Both the position numbers and the translations under genes were made by a program. Positions 29,088 to 38,885 of a stretch of 64,000 nt of DNA are shown one piece after another. Position 1 is the first letter of the stretch. Each line of letters opens with the position of its first letter. The notes beneath the pieces are model-generated. The model saw nothing but the letters and a program-made list of their open reading frames with translations, had not been told where the DNA came from and searched no databases. This DNA comes from a virus (Duplodnaviria > Caudoviricetes). The stretch covers positions 1 through 64,000 of the IMG/VR virus record IMGVR_UViG_3300013121_000017. The stretch is one strand, 5' to 3'.

Positions 29088-29501
29088 ATGAACTTCCGCG
29101 CATGGCTTGAGTCTGTCGAGCGAGTCATCTCTGTGTCAGAGGACTCGTTCATCCACTTCACCACCGAATCCAGGGCTGAACAAATCCTGCACGACGGTGT
29201 GTTGAAGATGAACCCGCCGTACCCCAAGTTCGGCACGGACAGCGTTGACGCCATCTCCGTGACCTACGGACAGTGGATTCCTGGGACTCAGTTGACACAC
29301 ATCAAGACGACAGACAAAGATCCGGTGGTCGCGATTGTGTTCAAGACCAACGTCCCGCCCTACGCTGGCTACCCGGAAGAAGTGAAGTGGAACAAGGACG
29401 TGAAACTGATCGACCCGCAGATCATCAACGTCCAGAAGGCCAGAGCCATGCTGACCTACAAGACGCATGACGAAGACTACGAAATCAGGTACGATGGCTA
29501 A
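29088..29501 (+). CDS. putative ADP-ribosyltransferase-fold protein with a capsid-targeting-like N-terminus
   Basis: Starts MNFRAWLE; FIHFT...A.QIL..G.LK first-strand motif and a later EEV. Confidence 0.45.
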   Translation: MNFRAWLESVERVISVSEDSFIHFTTESRAEQILHDGVLKMNPPYPKFGTDSVDAISVTYGQWIPGTQLTHIKTTDKDPVVAIVFKTNVPPYAGYPEEVKWNKDVKLIDPQIINVQKARAMLTYKTHDEDYEIRYDG

Positions 29502-29832
29502 GAGACGCAAGCGTCGAAAGAAGCCCAAGACCAAGTTCGATTTGCAACTCAAGTCGCTTGGCTTCCGCAGCTACGCGGCCTACCTCAAATCAGACCACTG
29601 GCTAGAGTTCCGCGAAGCCTACTTCGCCAAGCACAAGAAGATCTGCTACTGCTGCGGCAAGCCGGCCCGCGACCTCCACCACACCAGTTACGCCAACCTG
29701 GGACGTGAGAAGCACAACGAGGTCGAACCGCTGTGCCGGGGTTGTCACGACAAGGTCCACACCATCATCCGAGAGAACAAAGTACCGCTGGGGGAGGCCC
29801 ACGAAGTAGTCATGTTCATTATGAACGGCTAG
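29494..29832 (+). CDS. HNH endonuclease
   Basis: YLKS.HW...R, CYCCG, LHHTSY and LCRGCH..VH. Confidence 0.85.
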   Translation: MAKRRKRRKKPKTKFDLQLKSLGFRSYAAYLKSDHWLEFREAYFAKHKKICYCCGKPARDLHHTSYANLGREKHNEVEPLCRGCHDKVHTIIRENKVPLGEAHEVVMFIMNG

Positions 29833-29857
29833 GCATAAATAGCTCAACTGGAGGCAC

Positions 29858-30634
29858 ATGGGAAACCCGATCACTCACAAGTACGGTTGGAAACGCGGCT
29901 TGCCCGTTTTCGGCGGCAAGCAATTTGAAATCCCGCCAGCGACCGCAGCACCCATGAGGGCTGACCTCGGCCCAGGCATGCCGCCGGTCTACGACCAGGG
30001 CAACCTCGGCTCCTGCACCGCAAACGCGGGCGGCGGTCTGGCCCAATTTCTCACCAAGAAGCTCGGCTGGAAGAACTACCTGCCCGCCCGGCTGGCCATG
30101 TACTACTGGACCCGGCTGGCCGAGAGCAACGTTATGGACGACACCGGCGCATCACTGTCGGCTACCGCGACCATGATGAAAAACCGTGGCGTCCCGAACG
30201 AAGTCAACTGGCCCTACATCATCAGCAGGTTCCAAGTCAAGCCAACCGCCAACGTCGAAGCCAACGGCAGACAACACCTCGTCCTCGACCCGATGCAGGT
30301 GCGGCAGAAGATGGATGACATCCGCTCCTGCATCTCACTCGGCTACCCGATCATGTTCGGCTTCACCGTCTACGAGTCCTTCGAGACGGACGCCGTCAGG
30401 CTCGGCGGCATCATGCCGATGCCAAGACAGGGAGAGTTGATCCTGGGAGGCCACGCAGTGCTGGCGTTCGCCTACGACGACTACACCCGCATGGTCAAGT
30501 GCCGCAACTCCTGGGGCTACCGCTGGGGTCTGAACGGCAGCTTCTGGATGCCCTACGACTACATCTCCAACCCGTGGTTCGCCGACGACTTCTGGACCGC
30601 GACCAAAATCACCGGCTGGAAACCTCCAGCCTGA
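29858..30634 (+). CDS. papain-like cysteine peptidase (C1A)
   Basis: DQG.LGSCTANA, GGHAV and RNSWG..WG.NG.FW catalytic motifs. Confidence 0.95.
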   Translation: MGNPITHKYGWKRGLPVFGGKQFEIPPATAAPMRADLGPGMPPVYDQGNLGSCTANAGGGLAQFLTKKLGWKNYLPARLAMYYWTRLAESNVMDDTGASLSATATMMKNRGVPNEVNWPYIISRFQVKPTANVEANGRQHLVLDPMQVRQKMDDIRSCISLGYPIMFGFTVYESFETDAVRLGGIMPMPRQGELILGGHAVLAFAYDDYTRMVKCRNSWGYRWGLNGSFWMPYDYISNPWFADDFWTATKITGWKPPA

Positions 30635-30635
30635 C

Positions 30636-30664
30636 AAAAAGGCCGGCAACATGCCGGCCTTTTT
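30636..30664. terminator. intrinsic terminator with A and T flanks (potentially bidirectional)
   Basis: AAAAAGGCCGGCA-ACA-TGCCGGCCTTTTT. Confidence 0.85.
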
Positions 30665-30726
30665 CATTGGGCAAAGAAAATCTACTTTTTATTGTAGAAT
30701 TTGCTGCGGTGATGCTTAGATATTGC

Positions 30727-31473
30727 ATGAAAAGAAAAACCATTTACTTCATCCAAGAAGAGTCTTCTGGCGCTATCAAGATAGGTTTTACCAACGACCT
30801 ATCCATGCGGCAGTCAAACTTGAAGTGTTGCAATCCAAACACACTGAAGCTACTGGCGACGGTTCACGGCAGCATTGCAGATGAAATGAGGCTGCATGAG
30901 AAGTTTGGTCATCTGCGTATTAAGGGCGAGTGGTACAAACCAGAGCCAGAACTCACCGACTTCATCGCCAAGGCGCAATCAAGCGGTAACGTGCCACTCG
31001 ACCTTAACAAGGCCGTCTTGGAGTTCAAAGACGCCGAAGTCACAACGGCTGGAGCAGAGTGCCAGAAGTGGATCGAGATCGCGAACAATCTTCCTTCTAC
31101 CAAGGATACCGACGAGTTGATGAGCATCGGTTCGGCGTCAAGGATGCTTGGTATCTCACAGCAGACATTACGCACCTGGGAGGAGCAAGGAAGGATCAAG
31201 CCCCACTTCACAGCCAAAGGCCATCGAAGGTACACAAGAAAGCAGATTGTCGATTTTCGCAAGCAACAAATGAACCAGAAGGAACTGATCCTTCCTGGCA
31301 TCACGCCGGCTTATTTGATGGACATGGTTCAACAGTTCGTTAAAGGTTTTGATCCGCTTGAAACCATCAACGTTTCACTGGTGCAAGACCCGGTCGCAAA
31401 CAGAGTCAAGATAAACATTGACTCGGCTGATGGGCTAACGTCTATTTCCAAGACTTTCAACGTGAAGGACTAA
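30727..31473 (+). CDS. T5orf172/MUG113 (GIY-YIG-like) domain fused to a MerR-type HTH
   Basis: IYFIQ...IKIGFT...R...L...E..LH.KF...RI.GEWY, then MSIG.AS.MLGIS.QTLR.WE..G.I.P..T..GHRRY. Confidence 0.85.
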   Translation: MKRKTIYFIQEESSGAIKIGFTNDLSMRQSNLKCCNPNTLKLLATVHGSIADEMRLHEKFGHLRIKGEWYKPEPELTDFIAKAQSSGNVPLDLNKAVLEFKDAEVTTAGAECQKWIEIANNLPSTKDTDELMSIGSASRMLGISQQTLRTWEEQGRIKPHFTAKGHRRYTRKQIVDFRKQQMNQKELILPGITPAYLMDMVQQFVKGFDPLETINVSLVQDPVANRVKINIDSADGLTSISKTFNVKD

Positions 31474-31940
31474 TGGTTCATTTCATGCACCTCGATCTGC
31501 TATCGGCGAAGATGGCAGACAACCAACCAAACCTGATGATCTTGGAAATCGAGTTCACGCACCCGTCCCAGCAGGACGGCCACGGGCCGTCGCACGGGGA
31601 CGACGCCAGGGACTTCGCAGAAGCTATCGTCAGAAACTTGCCCCGCGAAAAGATCGTGGCCCTTTTCAAGGAACACGGGATTAAGGGACTGCGGGTGCGT
31701 GACCCGTTGACCGGATGCAAGGTGTGGCCGCTGAACGTGCTGCAAAAAGACCACTACATGCCGCTTATGAAGATGGAACTGCGTGTAAGTGTGTCGCCGG
31801 AAGAAGACACAACCCTGAGTCTTGTGAATCAGGTGTTGGACAACGTTGGCTGGAGAGCCATGAAGGCCGCGATTGCCCGCCCGGAAAAATACTACTACGA
31901 AACCAGAGTCTGCGGACTCGGACCCAAGGAGACGACATGA
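31473..31940 (+). CDS. hypothetical protein
   Basis: TAATG coupling to the previous gene. Confidence 0.65.
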   Translation: MVHFMHLDLLSAKMADNQPNLMILEIEFTHPSQQDGHGPSHGDDARDFAEAIVRNLPREKIVALFKEHGIKGLRVRDPLTGCKVWPLNVLQKDHYMPLMKMELRVSVSPEEDTTLSLVNQVLDNVGWRAMKAAIARPEKYYYETRVCGLGPKETT

Positions 31941-32446
31941 GATTCGACAACCACTGGCTCAACCAGAGCTATCAAGACGTGACCGTTCACCTGAAGAAGC
32001 GGGTGTTCAAGTTCAACAAAGAAGGCAAGGGCAGCGTACTGACAGACGCCTTCACCGGCAAGACCGAGAACCTCGGCTGCCACGAAGAGCTTTACGACGT
32101 GGAAGAAGGCAAGCCCAGGAGCATGACCGTAAGAGTCAAGCGTCACGGCCTGTCCCTGCGTGAGAAGCTCGCCGTCGTCGCAGAAGCGGCCCTGAAGGAG
32201 TTCGGCGAGGATGTGAACCGCTTCTCCCAGTCGCACTACCTTGCGTCAACATACGCCAAGGGAGAGAACGAACCCGACATCGTCATTGATCCGAAGTTCC
32301 TGAAGTGGATCGCCGGGGAGACGGCCACGCCGTACCTCGACAAGGACCACAAACTTCAAGTCGCGCCGCCGCACATGACCACGGCCCAGGCCATGCTTGC
32401 TTCCGTCCCGGCAAAGGAGAAGAATGAACAGCCCGCTACCAAGTGA
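31937..32446 (+). CDS. hypothetical protein
   Basis: AAGGAG RBS and ATGA overlap; starts MRFDNHWL. Confidence 0.65.
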   Translation: MRFDNHWLNQSYQDVTVHLKKRVFKFNKEGKGSVLTDAFTGKTENLGCHEELYDVEEGKPRSMTVRVKRHGLSLREKLAVVAEAALKEFGEDVNRFSQSHYLASTYAKGENEPDIVIDPKFLKWIAGETATPYLDKDHKLQVAPPHMTTAQAMLASVPAKEKNEQPATK

Positions 32447-32786
32447 GCTTTGGCAAGCCATGCTGGTGAACCCGATTTGCTTCGTGTTCACCAACCCGCT
32501 GTCGAAGCAGAAGACGTACTTCTACATCCACGCTTCGGACAAGCTGCCGTTCCACGAACGGGTCGGCCTCGCCATGAAGGAGCTTGCGCCAAAGATCAAT
32601 GCCGTTCACGAAGAGTTGCTCCTCAACGTCATCGGCATCAAGGAACAAGCACAGCCTTCCAAGGAAGTAGATGCCAAGTGGGTCGAGCCGCACCTGATAA
32701 AATGCCTTCCGACAAGGCAAGGCAACGGCGTGGTCTGGGAAGGCCCGCTGCATCACACAACCGGCTATTGGAAAGTCACAAAATGA
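32424..32786 (+). CDS. hypothetical protein
   Basis: AAGGAG RBS before ATG 32424. Confidence 0.6.
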   Translation: MNSPLPSELWQAMLVNPICFVFTNPLSKQKTYFYIHASDKLPFHERVGLAMKELAPKINAVHEELLLNVIGIKEQAQPSKEVDAKWVEPHLIKCLPTRQGNGVVWEGPLHHTTGYWKVTK

Positions 32787-33382
32787 CCCAGTACGTCAAG
32801 AGCCTACGCACTCCACCCGTCGTGGGGGAAACCTACAAGGTGGAATGCGTCTACGGCAGGCCGTCGAACATTGGGCCTCACCATATCCCCGCAGACTGGT
32901 GGCCCGTGTTCACGCCCTCGCACCAAGACTCCATCTACGCCATACGTCACCGGACCCTGTGGAAGGAAACGGAAACGGGGTTTGTCGGCGTGGACGAGGT
33001 CTATTACGAGGACGACCCAAGCACGCCACACCACTACCACATCGACCCGCGTTTCACACCGGAGAGCATGTACACAGCCTACGAGGTACAGCGGAGGAGT
33101 TTTCACTCAACCATCCGGCCAGAGAGCGAGGTCGAAATCAGGGAACTGGTGTGCGTGCGTGAGATGCCCATCCAAGTCCTCTTCACCGGCTTCGGCAAAC
33201 AGTTCGTGGCGGACCACGCCGGCAAAAAGATGAAGGGGTGCGACCGCTGCCCGCACAAGGGTGTGGCCTTGTCGAGCATGCCGGTCGTGGATGGGCGGAT
33301 CACCTGCCCTGCTCATGGACTTCAATTCGACTGCGAGACGAAGGAGTGCGTCTCAAGATGGAGGAACGATGACGATAGGTGA
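32783..33382 (+). CDS. Rieske [2Fe-2S] domain protein with a His-rich N-terminal domain
   Basis: RCPHKG...ITCPAHGLQFD Rieske boxes; N-terminal SHQD and HHYHIDPRF. Confidence 0.85.
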   Translation: MTQYVKSLRTPPVVGETYKVECVYGRPSNIGPHHIPADWWPVFTPSHQDSIYAIRHRTLWKETETGFVGVDEVYYEDDPSTPHHYHIDPRFTPESMYTAYEVQRRSFHSTIRPESEVEIRELVCVREMPIQVLFTGFGKQFVADHAGKKMKGCDRCPHKGVALSSMPVVDGRITCPAHGLQFDCETKECVSRWRNDDDR

Positions 33383-33584
33383 CCTGAAGTGTCATTTCAA
33401 AAACAAGAACCATCTGAACCAGATGATCGAGCGGTTCGGCGAGCGTGACGCGGCGCATCGGCTGGCGTGGCTACATGACTGTTCGGTGGAGGAAGCGGAA
33501 ACGCTGATCTGTCAATTCTTGACAGACGACTACGTCGATGACAAGGGCGTGAAGGGCGGTGACTTCTTCTGGGGCGACCTCTAA
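33369..33584 (+). CDS. hypothetical protein
   Basis: GGAGG RBS before ATG 33369. Confidence 0.55.
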   Translation: MTIGDLKCHFKNKNHLNQMIERFGERDAAHRLAWLHDCSVEEAETLICQFLTDDYVDDKGVKGGDFFWGDL

Positions 33585-33629
33585 TGGCACGGTCTTTGCA
33601 ATGACATCTATCGGAAAGGTAGGTGCAAC

Positions 33630-33863
33630 ATGTATTGCAAGCAACTCAGAACGCTACCCATGATTGCGACCGACTGGCAGATGTACGCCACATGCCCGAA
33701 CTGCGGCTTCTACGACGAGAAAACCGGCCAATGTCATGACCACCGCCGGCCAAACTACGACTCGCCGTGCCAGTTCGAGGTCACTGGCGGCAAGCTCAAG
33801 ACAAAGCTCATTCCGGCCACGCCGATCCGCATCGAAGAAGTTGTGTCTGCTCCGCACATGTAG
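33630..33863 (+). CDS. small Cys-rich hypothetical protein
   Basis: AGGT RBS; CPNCG..C..C. Confidence 0.5.
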   Translation: MYCKQLRTLPMIATDWQMYATCPNCGFYDEKTGQCHDHRRPNYDSPCQFEVTGGKLKTKLIPATPIRIEEVVSAPHM

Positions 33864-33867
33864 TGTG

Positions 33868-33914
33868 CGGAAACGAAAGAAGCGGGTCATTGCGACCCGC
33901 TTCTTTCGTTTCCG
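33868..33914. repeat. perfect 21-bp inverted repeat between convergent genes (probable bidirectional terminator)
   Basis: CGGAAACGAAAGAAGCGGGTC-ATTGC-GACCCGCTTCTTTCGTTTCCG. Confidence 0.85.
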
Positions 33915-33926
33915 ACTCGGCCTTCC

Positions 33927-34034
33927 TCACTTCTTCGGAGTGGCGGACTTCTTCTCCGCAGCCTTCTTGCCCTTGTCGGCCTTCGGCTTCTTCTTGGCCT
34001 TGTCGTTCTTCTGGCTGTTGTTGCCCTTACCCAT
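33927..34034 (-). CDS. small Lys-rich protein (35 aa, MGKGNNSQKNDKAKKKPKADKGKKAAEKKSATPKK), below the ORF-track size cutoff
   Basis: Read by hand: AAGGAG RBS 6 nt before ATG, AAG codons as in the structural genes, and a terminator hairpin downstream. Confidence 0.7.
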   Translation of the reverse strand: MGKGNNSQKNDKAKKKPKADKGKKAAEKKSATPKK

Positions 34035-34128
34035 GACTGTCTCCTTCTTTGGTTGTGAACCCGCACATCGCGGGAATCGTTTAGGATAGTATAGACACGT
34101 CCTTCTTCACCGTCAATTCACATCGCCT

Positions 34129-35361
34129 TCAAATTTCGATCAAACCCGGCGACCGCCCATCGAACTTGACGAGGTCAGCCTTGACGTAGACGATGTTGTG
34201 CAGCTTGTGCCAATCGCTCGGGAAGTAGTTCTTGACGCGGCTCATCTGGAACCGCACCGGCGTGTTGATGAAGCGAGCCTGATCGTTCTTCGTGTAGTAC
34301 CAGAAGCTGTTGCTGTTCCAGAAGCTGACGTGCGTCGGGTCTTGGAACGCACCACGCCCGTCCGTTGACGGCGTGTTCGTCAAGAACCAGCCGTTCGGTG
34401 CTAGAACGCGGTACGCTTCCTTCATGACGTGGATCGGGTCTTTCAGATGCTCCAGGGCGTCCGAGGCTCGAATGACGCCCACGCTGCCGTCCTTGAACGG
34501 CCACGTCGCATTGAGGTCGGCGGTGATGTCACCGTTGAGAACGTCCACGCTCTCGAACCCCTGCGGCTTGTTGTGACCGCCGCACAGGTCGAGCTTGCGG
34601 AGCTTGTTGGTCGTGGCCCACTTCAACGTCAACGCTTCGATGTACTTGTCGTGCAGCATCAGGGTGTCTTCTTGAATCTTCGCGTTCAACTCGCCGTAGC
34701 AGGTGTTGTCCTTGTGCAAATGATAAACGTAGAGTGCCTTGTCGATCTGGTGCATCTTGCCGTGAATGTACGTCCGGCAAAGGATGTCTTGATCGTCCAG
34801 AACCTTCAGATCGGGATTGTGACCGCCGATCTCGTTGTAGAACTGTGTCCGCCATGCCCTGAAATGATTCGGGGCGTACCAGATTTTGCTGATTGATCTT
34901 GGGTCTGCTGGGAACGACTTGATTGCAATAAGTCCGCGACCCTTGTAGGTACAGGGTTGTGTCTCCCACCCCCACACCTTGTCGAAAAGACGACACTCCC
35001 AGTCATCGCGGACTTCCAGGGTGTTCGAGTATGCAAAGTCAACATCGGGATCTTTGAAGGCTGCGACACATTCTTCACAAGCCTCGGGAAAAAGCTCATC
35101 ATCGTGATCGACCTCCATCAGAACTTCGCCCGTTGCTTTCGAGCAGGCGAACTTCTTCAGGAAACCGATGTTGGATGAGTCGTTGGTCGGGAAGACCTTG
35201 ACGCGGTCGTCTTTGAAGTCCGGGCATGAGCCGCCGTTGTTTGGAACGACGACCCATTCCCAGTTGGTGTAGGTTTGGAGCTTGAGCGATTCGTACAACC
35301 GCTCAAGATGCCCCTCTGTGTTGGCGAGCTTGTGGGTTGGTGTGAAAACAGAGATCTTCAT
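34129..35361 (-). CDS. GT2 glycosyltransferase fused to a C-terminal SAM methyltransferase
   Basis: ISVFTPTH, QTYTNWEW, VDHDD (DxD) and LDDQD, then LDLCGG, ALEHL and GAFQDPTH; TATAAT-N6-ATG. Confidence 0.9.
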   Translation of the reverse strand: MKISVFTPTHKLANTEGHLERLYESLKLQTYTNWEWVVVPNNGGSCPDFKDDRVKVFPTNDSSNIGFLKKFACSKATGEVLMEVDHDDELFPEACEECVAAFKDPDVDFAYSNTLEVRDDWECRLFDKVWGWETQPCTYKGRGLIAIKSFPADPRSISKIWYAPNHFRAWRTQFYNEIGGHNPDLKVLDDQDILCRTYIHGKMHQIDKALYVYHLHKDNTCYGELNAKIQEDTLMLHDKYIEALTLKWATTNKLRKLDLCGGHNKPQGFESVDVLNGDITADLNATWPFKDGSVGVIRASDALEHLKDPIHVMKEAYRVLAPNGWFLTNTPSTDGRGAFQDPTHVSFWNSNSFWYYTKNDQARFINTPVRFQMSRVKNYFPSDWHKLHNIVYVKADLVKFDGRSPGLIEI

Positions 35362-35377
35362 GATCTCATTATAGTTC

Positions 35378-38068
35378 TCAGGCTCCAACCCCTCCGTTCA
35401 ACTTCTTGACTAGCTTGGCCAAACGAGTGATGGCATCCGGCCAATCCTCGGGCGGCGGATGGGACCAATCTGCTGCATCGAACACCGGCGATTCCGCCAT
35501 CGCTGGTGGGGCAACAATGACCGTACTGCCTTGTGGCCCCTGTGGACCTTCAGCACCTTGATCACCCTGGCTGCCCTGCGGACCCTGCTGGCCATCTGCA
35601 CCTTGATCGCCCTGGAAGCCCTGGAAACCCTGGCTGCCTGCCGCACCCTGATCGCCTTGCGGACCCTGCGGACCTTGCGAACCATCATTGCCAGCCGCGC
35701 CCTGCGGACCCTGCGCACCCTGATCGCCCTGTGGCCCAGTTCCGCTGCCTTGCCCACCAGAAGCCCCCTGGAAACCTTGCGATCCCTGCGAGCCTTGTGT
35801 ACCTTGTGTGCCAGTGCCAGTCGTTCCTTGATTGCCTTGCGAACCCTGACTGCCTTGGAACCCTTGGAAGCCCTGCCGCCCCTGGTTACCCTGGTTACCC
35901 TGAGAACCCTGAGAACCCTGAGAGCCTTGTGTGCCAGTCGTTCCCTGATTTCCCTGCGTTCCTTGGAAGCCCTGGTTGCCTTGACTGCCCTGCGATCCCT
36001 GCGTGCCAGCACCGCCGGCAGCCCCTTGCTGACCCTGCGTTCCCTGGAATCCTTGCTGACCTTGATTGCCTTGCGAACCTTGAGTTCCCTGCGATCCCTG
36101 TGATCCCTGCGATCCCTGCGTGCCAGTACCGCCGGCAGCCCCTTGCTGACCCTGTGTTCCTTGGAAACCTTGCTGCCCTTGGTTGCCCTGCGAACCTTGA
36201 GTTCCCTGCGAACCTTGGCTGCCCTGAGTTCCTTGCGTACCGCTACCGCCGGCAGAGCCTTGCTGACCCTGCGTTCCTTGGAAGCCTTGCTGGCCCTGGT
36301 TGCCCTGCGTTCCTTGGAAGCCTTGCTGGCCTTGACTGCCCTGAGAACCTTGCGTACCGCCGCCACCGGCAGCCCCTTGCTGCCCCTGCGTTCCCTGGAA
36401 GCCTTGCTGGCCTTGCTGACCTTGCTGGCCTTGAGAACCCTGCGACCCCTGGCTGCCTTGTGTGCCTACACCAATAGTTCCTTGGTTACCTTGATTACCT
36501 TGATTACCTTGGTTACCTTGCGGCCCCTTGATGTTGCCGACGAGCGAGCCAGGAACGCTTGCTCCCGTGTACTGGAACACATCACCTGTTGCTGGATCAA
36601 TGGCAAGGTCGCCATTGATCGATGCAGAGGTGGAGCCGCCAGTGCCTGAGATCGTTTGCGAACCACGGCTGCCCTGGTAGCCTTGACCGCCTTGTGGACC
36701 TTGTGAGCCAATGGGGCTACCGTTGAAACTCAACGTGCCGCCACTGTTCGAGAGCGGAACACCGCTCAGGTAAATGGTCGCGCCCTGAACATAGATTGCG
36801 GCCCACTGCTTGGTAGCCGAGCCGAGGTTGTATGTGTTGTCAGTCGCCGGAAGGATGTCTTGTGCGACAGCACTAAGGTTTACACCAGACCCTTGGCTGC
36901 CCTGTGAGCCTGCCGAACCCTGTGATCCTTGGTTGCCTTGGCTACCTTGCACGCCTTGGGAACCCTGCGATCCTTGGCTGCCCTGAGTTCCTTGCGTACC
37001 GCTGCCACCGGCAGAGCCTTGCTGACCCTGTGTTCCCTGGAACCCTTGCTGGCCCTGGTTGCCCTGCGATCCTTGCGAACCTTGCGACCCCTGCGAGCCT
37101 TGAGTTCCCTGCGTACCAGCACCGCCGGCAGCACCTTGGTTGCCCTGCGTTCCCTGGAACCCTTGCTGACCTTGATTGCCCTGCGATCCTTGCGAGCCTT
37201 GCGAACCCTGACTGCCTTGACTGCCCTGAGTTCCTTGCGTACCGCTGCCACCGGCAGAGCCTTGCTGACCCTGTGTTCCCTGGAACCCTTGCTGACCTTG
37301 ATTGCCCTGCGATCCTTGCGAGCCTTGGCTACCTTGTGAGCCTTGGCTGCCCTGCGATCCTTGCGTACCAGCACCGCCGGCAGCACCTTGGTTGCCCTGC
37401 GTTCCCTGAAAGCCTTGATTGCCTTGGTTGCCTTGCGAACCTTGCGAACCTTGCGAACCTTGCGAACCCTGACTGCCTTGCGAGCCTTGAGTTCCCTGCG
37501 TACCAGTGCCGCCTTGATTGCCTTGTGTTCCCTGGAAACCTTGGTTCCCTTGGTTCCCCTGGTTGCCCTGAGTTCCCTGGAACCCCTGCGAGCCTTGACT
37601 GCCCTGGCTGCCCTGCGAACCTTGAGTTCCCTGCGAACCCTGAACACCGGCAGCACCTTGGTTACCTTGAGTTCCCTGGTTACCTTGGAATCCTTGCTGC
37701 CCCTGGAATCCCTGATGTCCTTGGTAGCCCTGATGTCCTTGGTAGCCCTGATGTCCCTGGTAACCTTGATCGCCTTGATACCCTTGGTTTCCCTGGTAGC
37801 CTTGCGGTCCTTGATACCCTTGGTTTCCCTGGTAACCCTGATCACCTTGGTAACCCTGATCACCTTGATAGCCCTGATGACCTTGGTATCCTTGATGGCC
37901 CTGGTATCCCTGATCCCCTTGATGACCTTGGTATCCCTGATGGCCCTGGTAGCCTTGAACCTGTGATCCGGCGATGGTGATGTTGGTGATACCGCGCACG
38001 ACGCAAAAGCGATCCGCTGGATCGATTGCACCGCCGTCAGCAAAGTCTGAGATTTTCTGATTGGCCAT
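35378..38068 (-). CDS. collagen-like fibre protein with G-X-Q triplets
   Basis: Two long (G-X-Q)n tracts flank a non-collagenous insert ([18 protein letters not shown]). Confidence 0.9.
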   Translation of the reverse strand: MANQKISDFADGGAIDPADRFCVVRGITNITIAGSQVQGYQGHQGYQGHQGDQGYQGHQGYQGHQGYQGDQGYQGDQGYQGNQGYQGPQGYQGNQGYQGDQGYQGHQGYQGHQGYQGHQGFQGQQGFQGNQGTQGNQGAAGVQGSQGTQGSQGSQGSQGSQGFQGTQGNQGNQGNQGFQGTQGNQGGTGTQGTQGSQGSQGSQGSQGSQGSQGNQGNQGFQGTQGNQGAAGGAGTQGSQGSQGSQGSQGSQGSQGNQGQQGFQGTQGQQGSAGGSGTQGTQGSQGSQGSQGSQGSQGNQGQQGFQGTQGNQGAAGGAGTQGTQGSQGSQGSQGSQGNQGQQGFQGTQGQQGSAGGSGTQGTQGSQGSQGSQGVQGSQGNQGSQGSAGSQGSQGSGVNLSAVAQDILPATDNTYNLGSATKQWAAIYVQGATIYLSGVPLSNSGGTLSFNGSPIGSQGPQGGQGYQGSRGSQTISGTGGSTSASINGDLAIDPATGDVFQYTGASVPGSLVGNIKGPQGNQGNQGNQGNQGTIGVGTQGSQGSQGSQGQQGQQGQQGFQGTQGQQGAAGGGGTQGSQGSQGQQGFQGTQGNQGQQGFQGTQGQQGSAGGSGTQGTQGSQGSQGTQGSQGNQGQQGFQGTQGQQGAAGGTGTQGSQGSQGSQGTQGSQGNQGQQGFQGTQGQQGAAGGAGTQGSQGSQGNQGFQGTQGNQGTTGTQGSQGSQGSQGNQGNQGRQGFQGFQGSQGSQGNQGTTGTGTQGTQGSQGSQGFQGASGGQGSGTGPQGDQGAQGPQGAAGNDGSQGPQGPQGDQGAAGSQGFQGFQGDQGADGQQGPQGSQGDQGAEGPQGPQGSTVIVAPPAMAESPVFDAADWSHPPPEDWPDAITRLAKLVKKLNGGVGA

Positions 38069-38815
38069 TTATCTCCTGGCCGTGTTCTTCTCGAATGTCA
38101 CAAGGTAATGCTTCAAGGTCGGAGCCAACTTCTCCCACCCCGCGTAGAACTTGTTCCAGGCTTCGATAAGATCGGCATGCTTATCAGAGTCCTTGCACTT
38201 CTGGACTAGCTCATCCACCTGCGGGAAAATCTTGTAGGCGTCCTTCATCCGCATGATGTTGGTCTGGTAGTTGACGACGTGCGGCTTTGAAGACTCGTTC
38301 ATGTGCAGGAACTGTCGGAAGTTCAACCACAGCTTCGCAAGCGATCTGCACGGCTTGTCAAGCCATACAAACAGATCGGCGCACATATCAAGAAGCGTCT
38401 CCATTGAGTCTGCGTCATGCTCGTAGGTGACGTTGAACCTCTTGCGAGCTTCTTCTGGCGACATGTATCCCGGTGTACCCTGAGCGTCCACCCTCGCCTT
38501 GCCGTCCTTCCTCCGGTCGAGGAGTGCGCCATCGAGGCCGGGCTTGCCTGCATACTGCGGGTATCTCCTTGGGTCCGGCGGGCTGATCAGGAGAGAGATC
38601 TTCTGAATCAGCGTGGCGTCTTCGGCTTCCCATTCGTGAGGCGTGTTACTCACAGTTGACGCGGTTCCGCCGCCCGGCGTGGTGTTCTGGGCGTGACGCG
38701 ACACCATCTGGTCAGTGCGGCTGCCTGATTGTGCTTTGTCAACCCATACAGCCGTAGCGTCAGGATCTTCCTCACGACGGTTCAGGTCTTCCAGCCATTT
38801 TTTGAAGCCATTCAT
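38069..38815 (-). CDS. hypothetical protein with a capsid-targeting-like N-terminus
   Basis: Starts MNGFKKWLE; TAGATA-N6-ATG. Confidence 0.7.
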   Translation of the reverse strand: MNGFKKWLEDLNRREEDPDATAVWVDKAQSGSRTDQMVSRHAQNTTPGGGTASTVSNTPHEWEAEDATLIQKISLLISPPDPRRYPQYAGKPGLDGALLDRRKDGKARVDAQGTPGYMSPEEARKRFNVTYEHDADSMETLLDMCADLFVWLDKPCRSLAKLWLNFRQFLHMNESSKPHVVNYQTNIMRMKDAYKIFPQVDELVQKCKDSDKHADLIEAWNKFYAGWEKLAPTLKHYLVTFEKNTARR

Positions 38816-38885
38816 GAAAGGTATCTATTGACAAGAAGGCCAGAACGGACGATATAGGATGCAGGAACTTCAACCGGAGGAAAAC

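Noticed and set aside
35410-38043. Many long alternative-frame ORFs over the collagen gene
   Set aside because: They arise from stop-free 9-nt periodic repeats and have no independent start signals.
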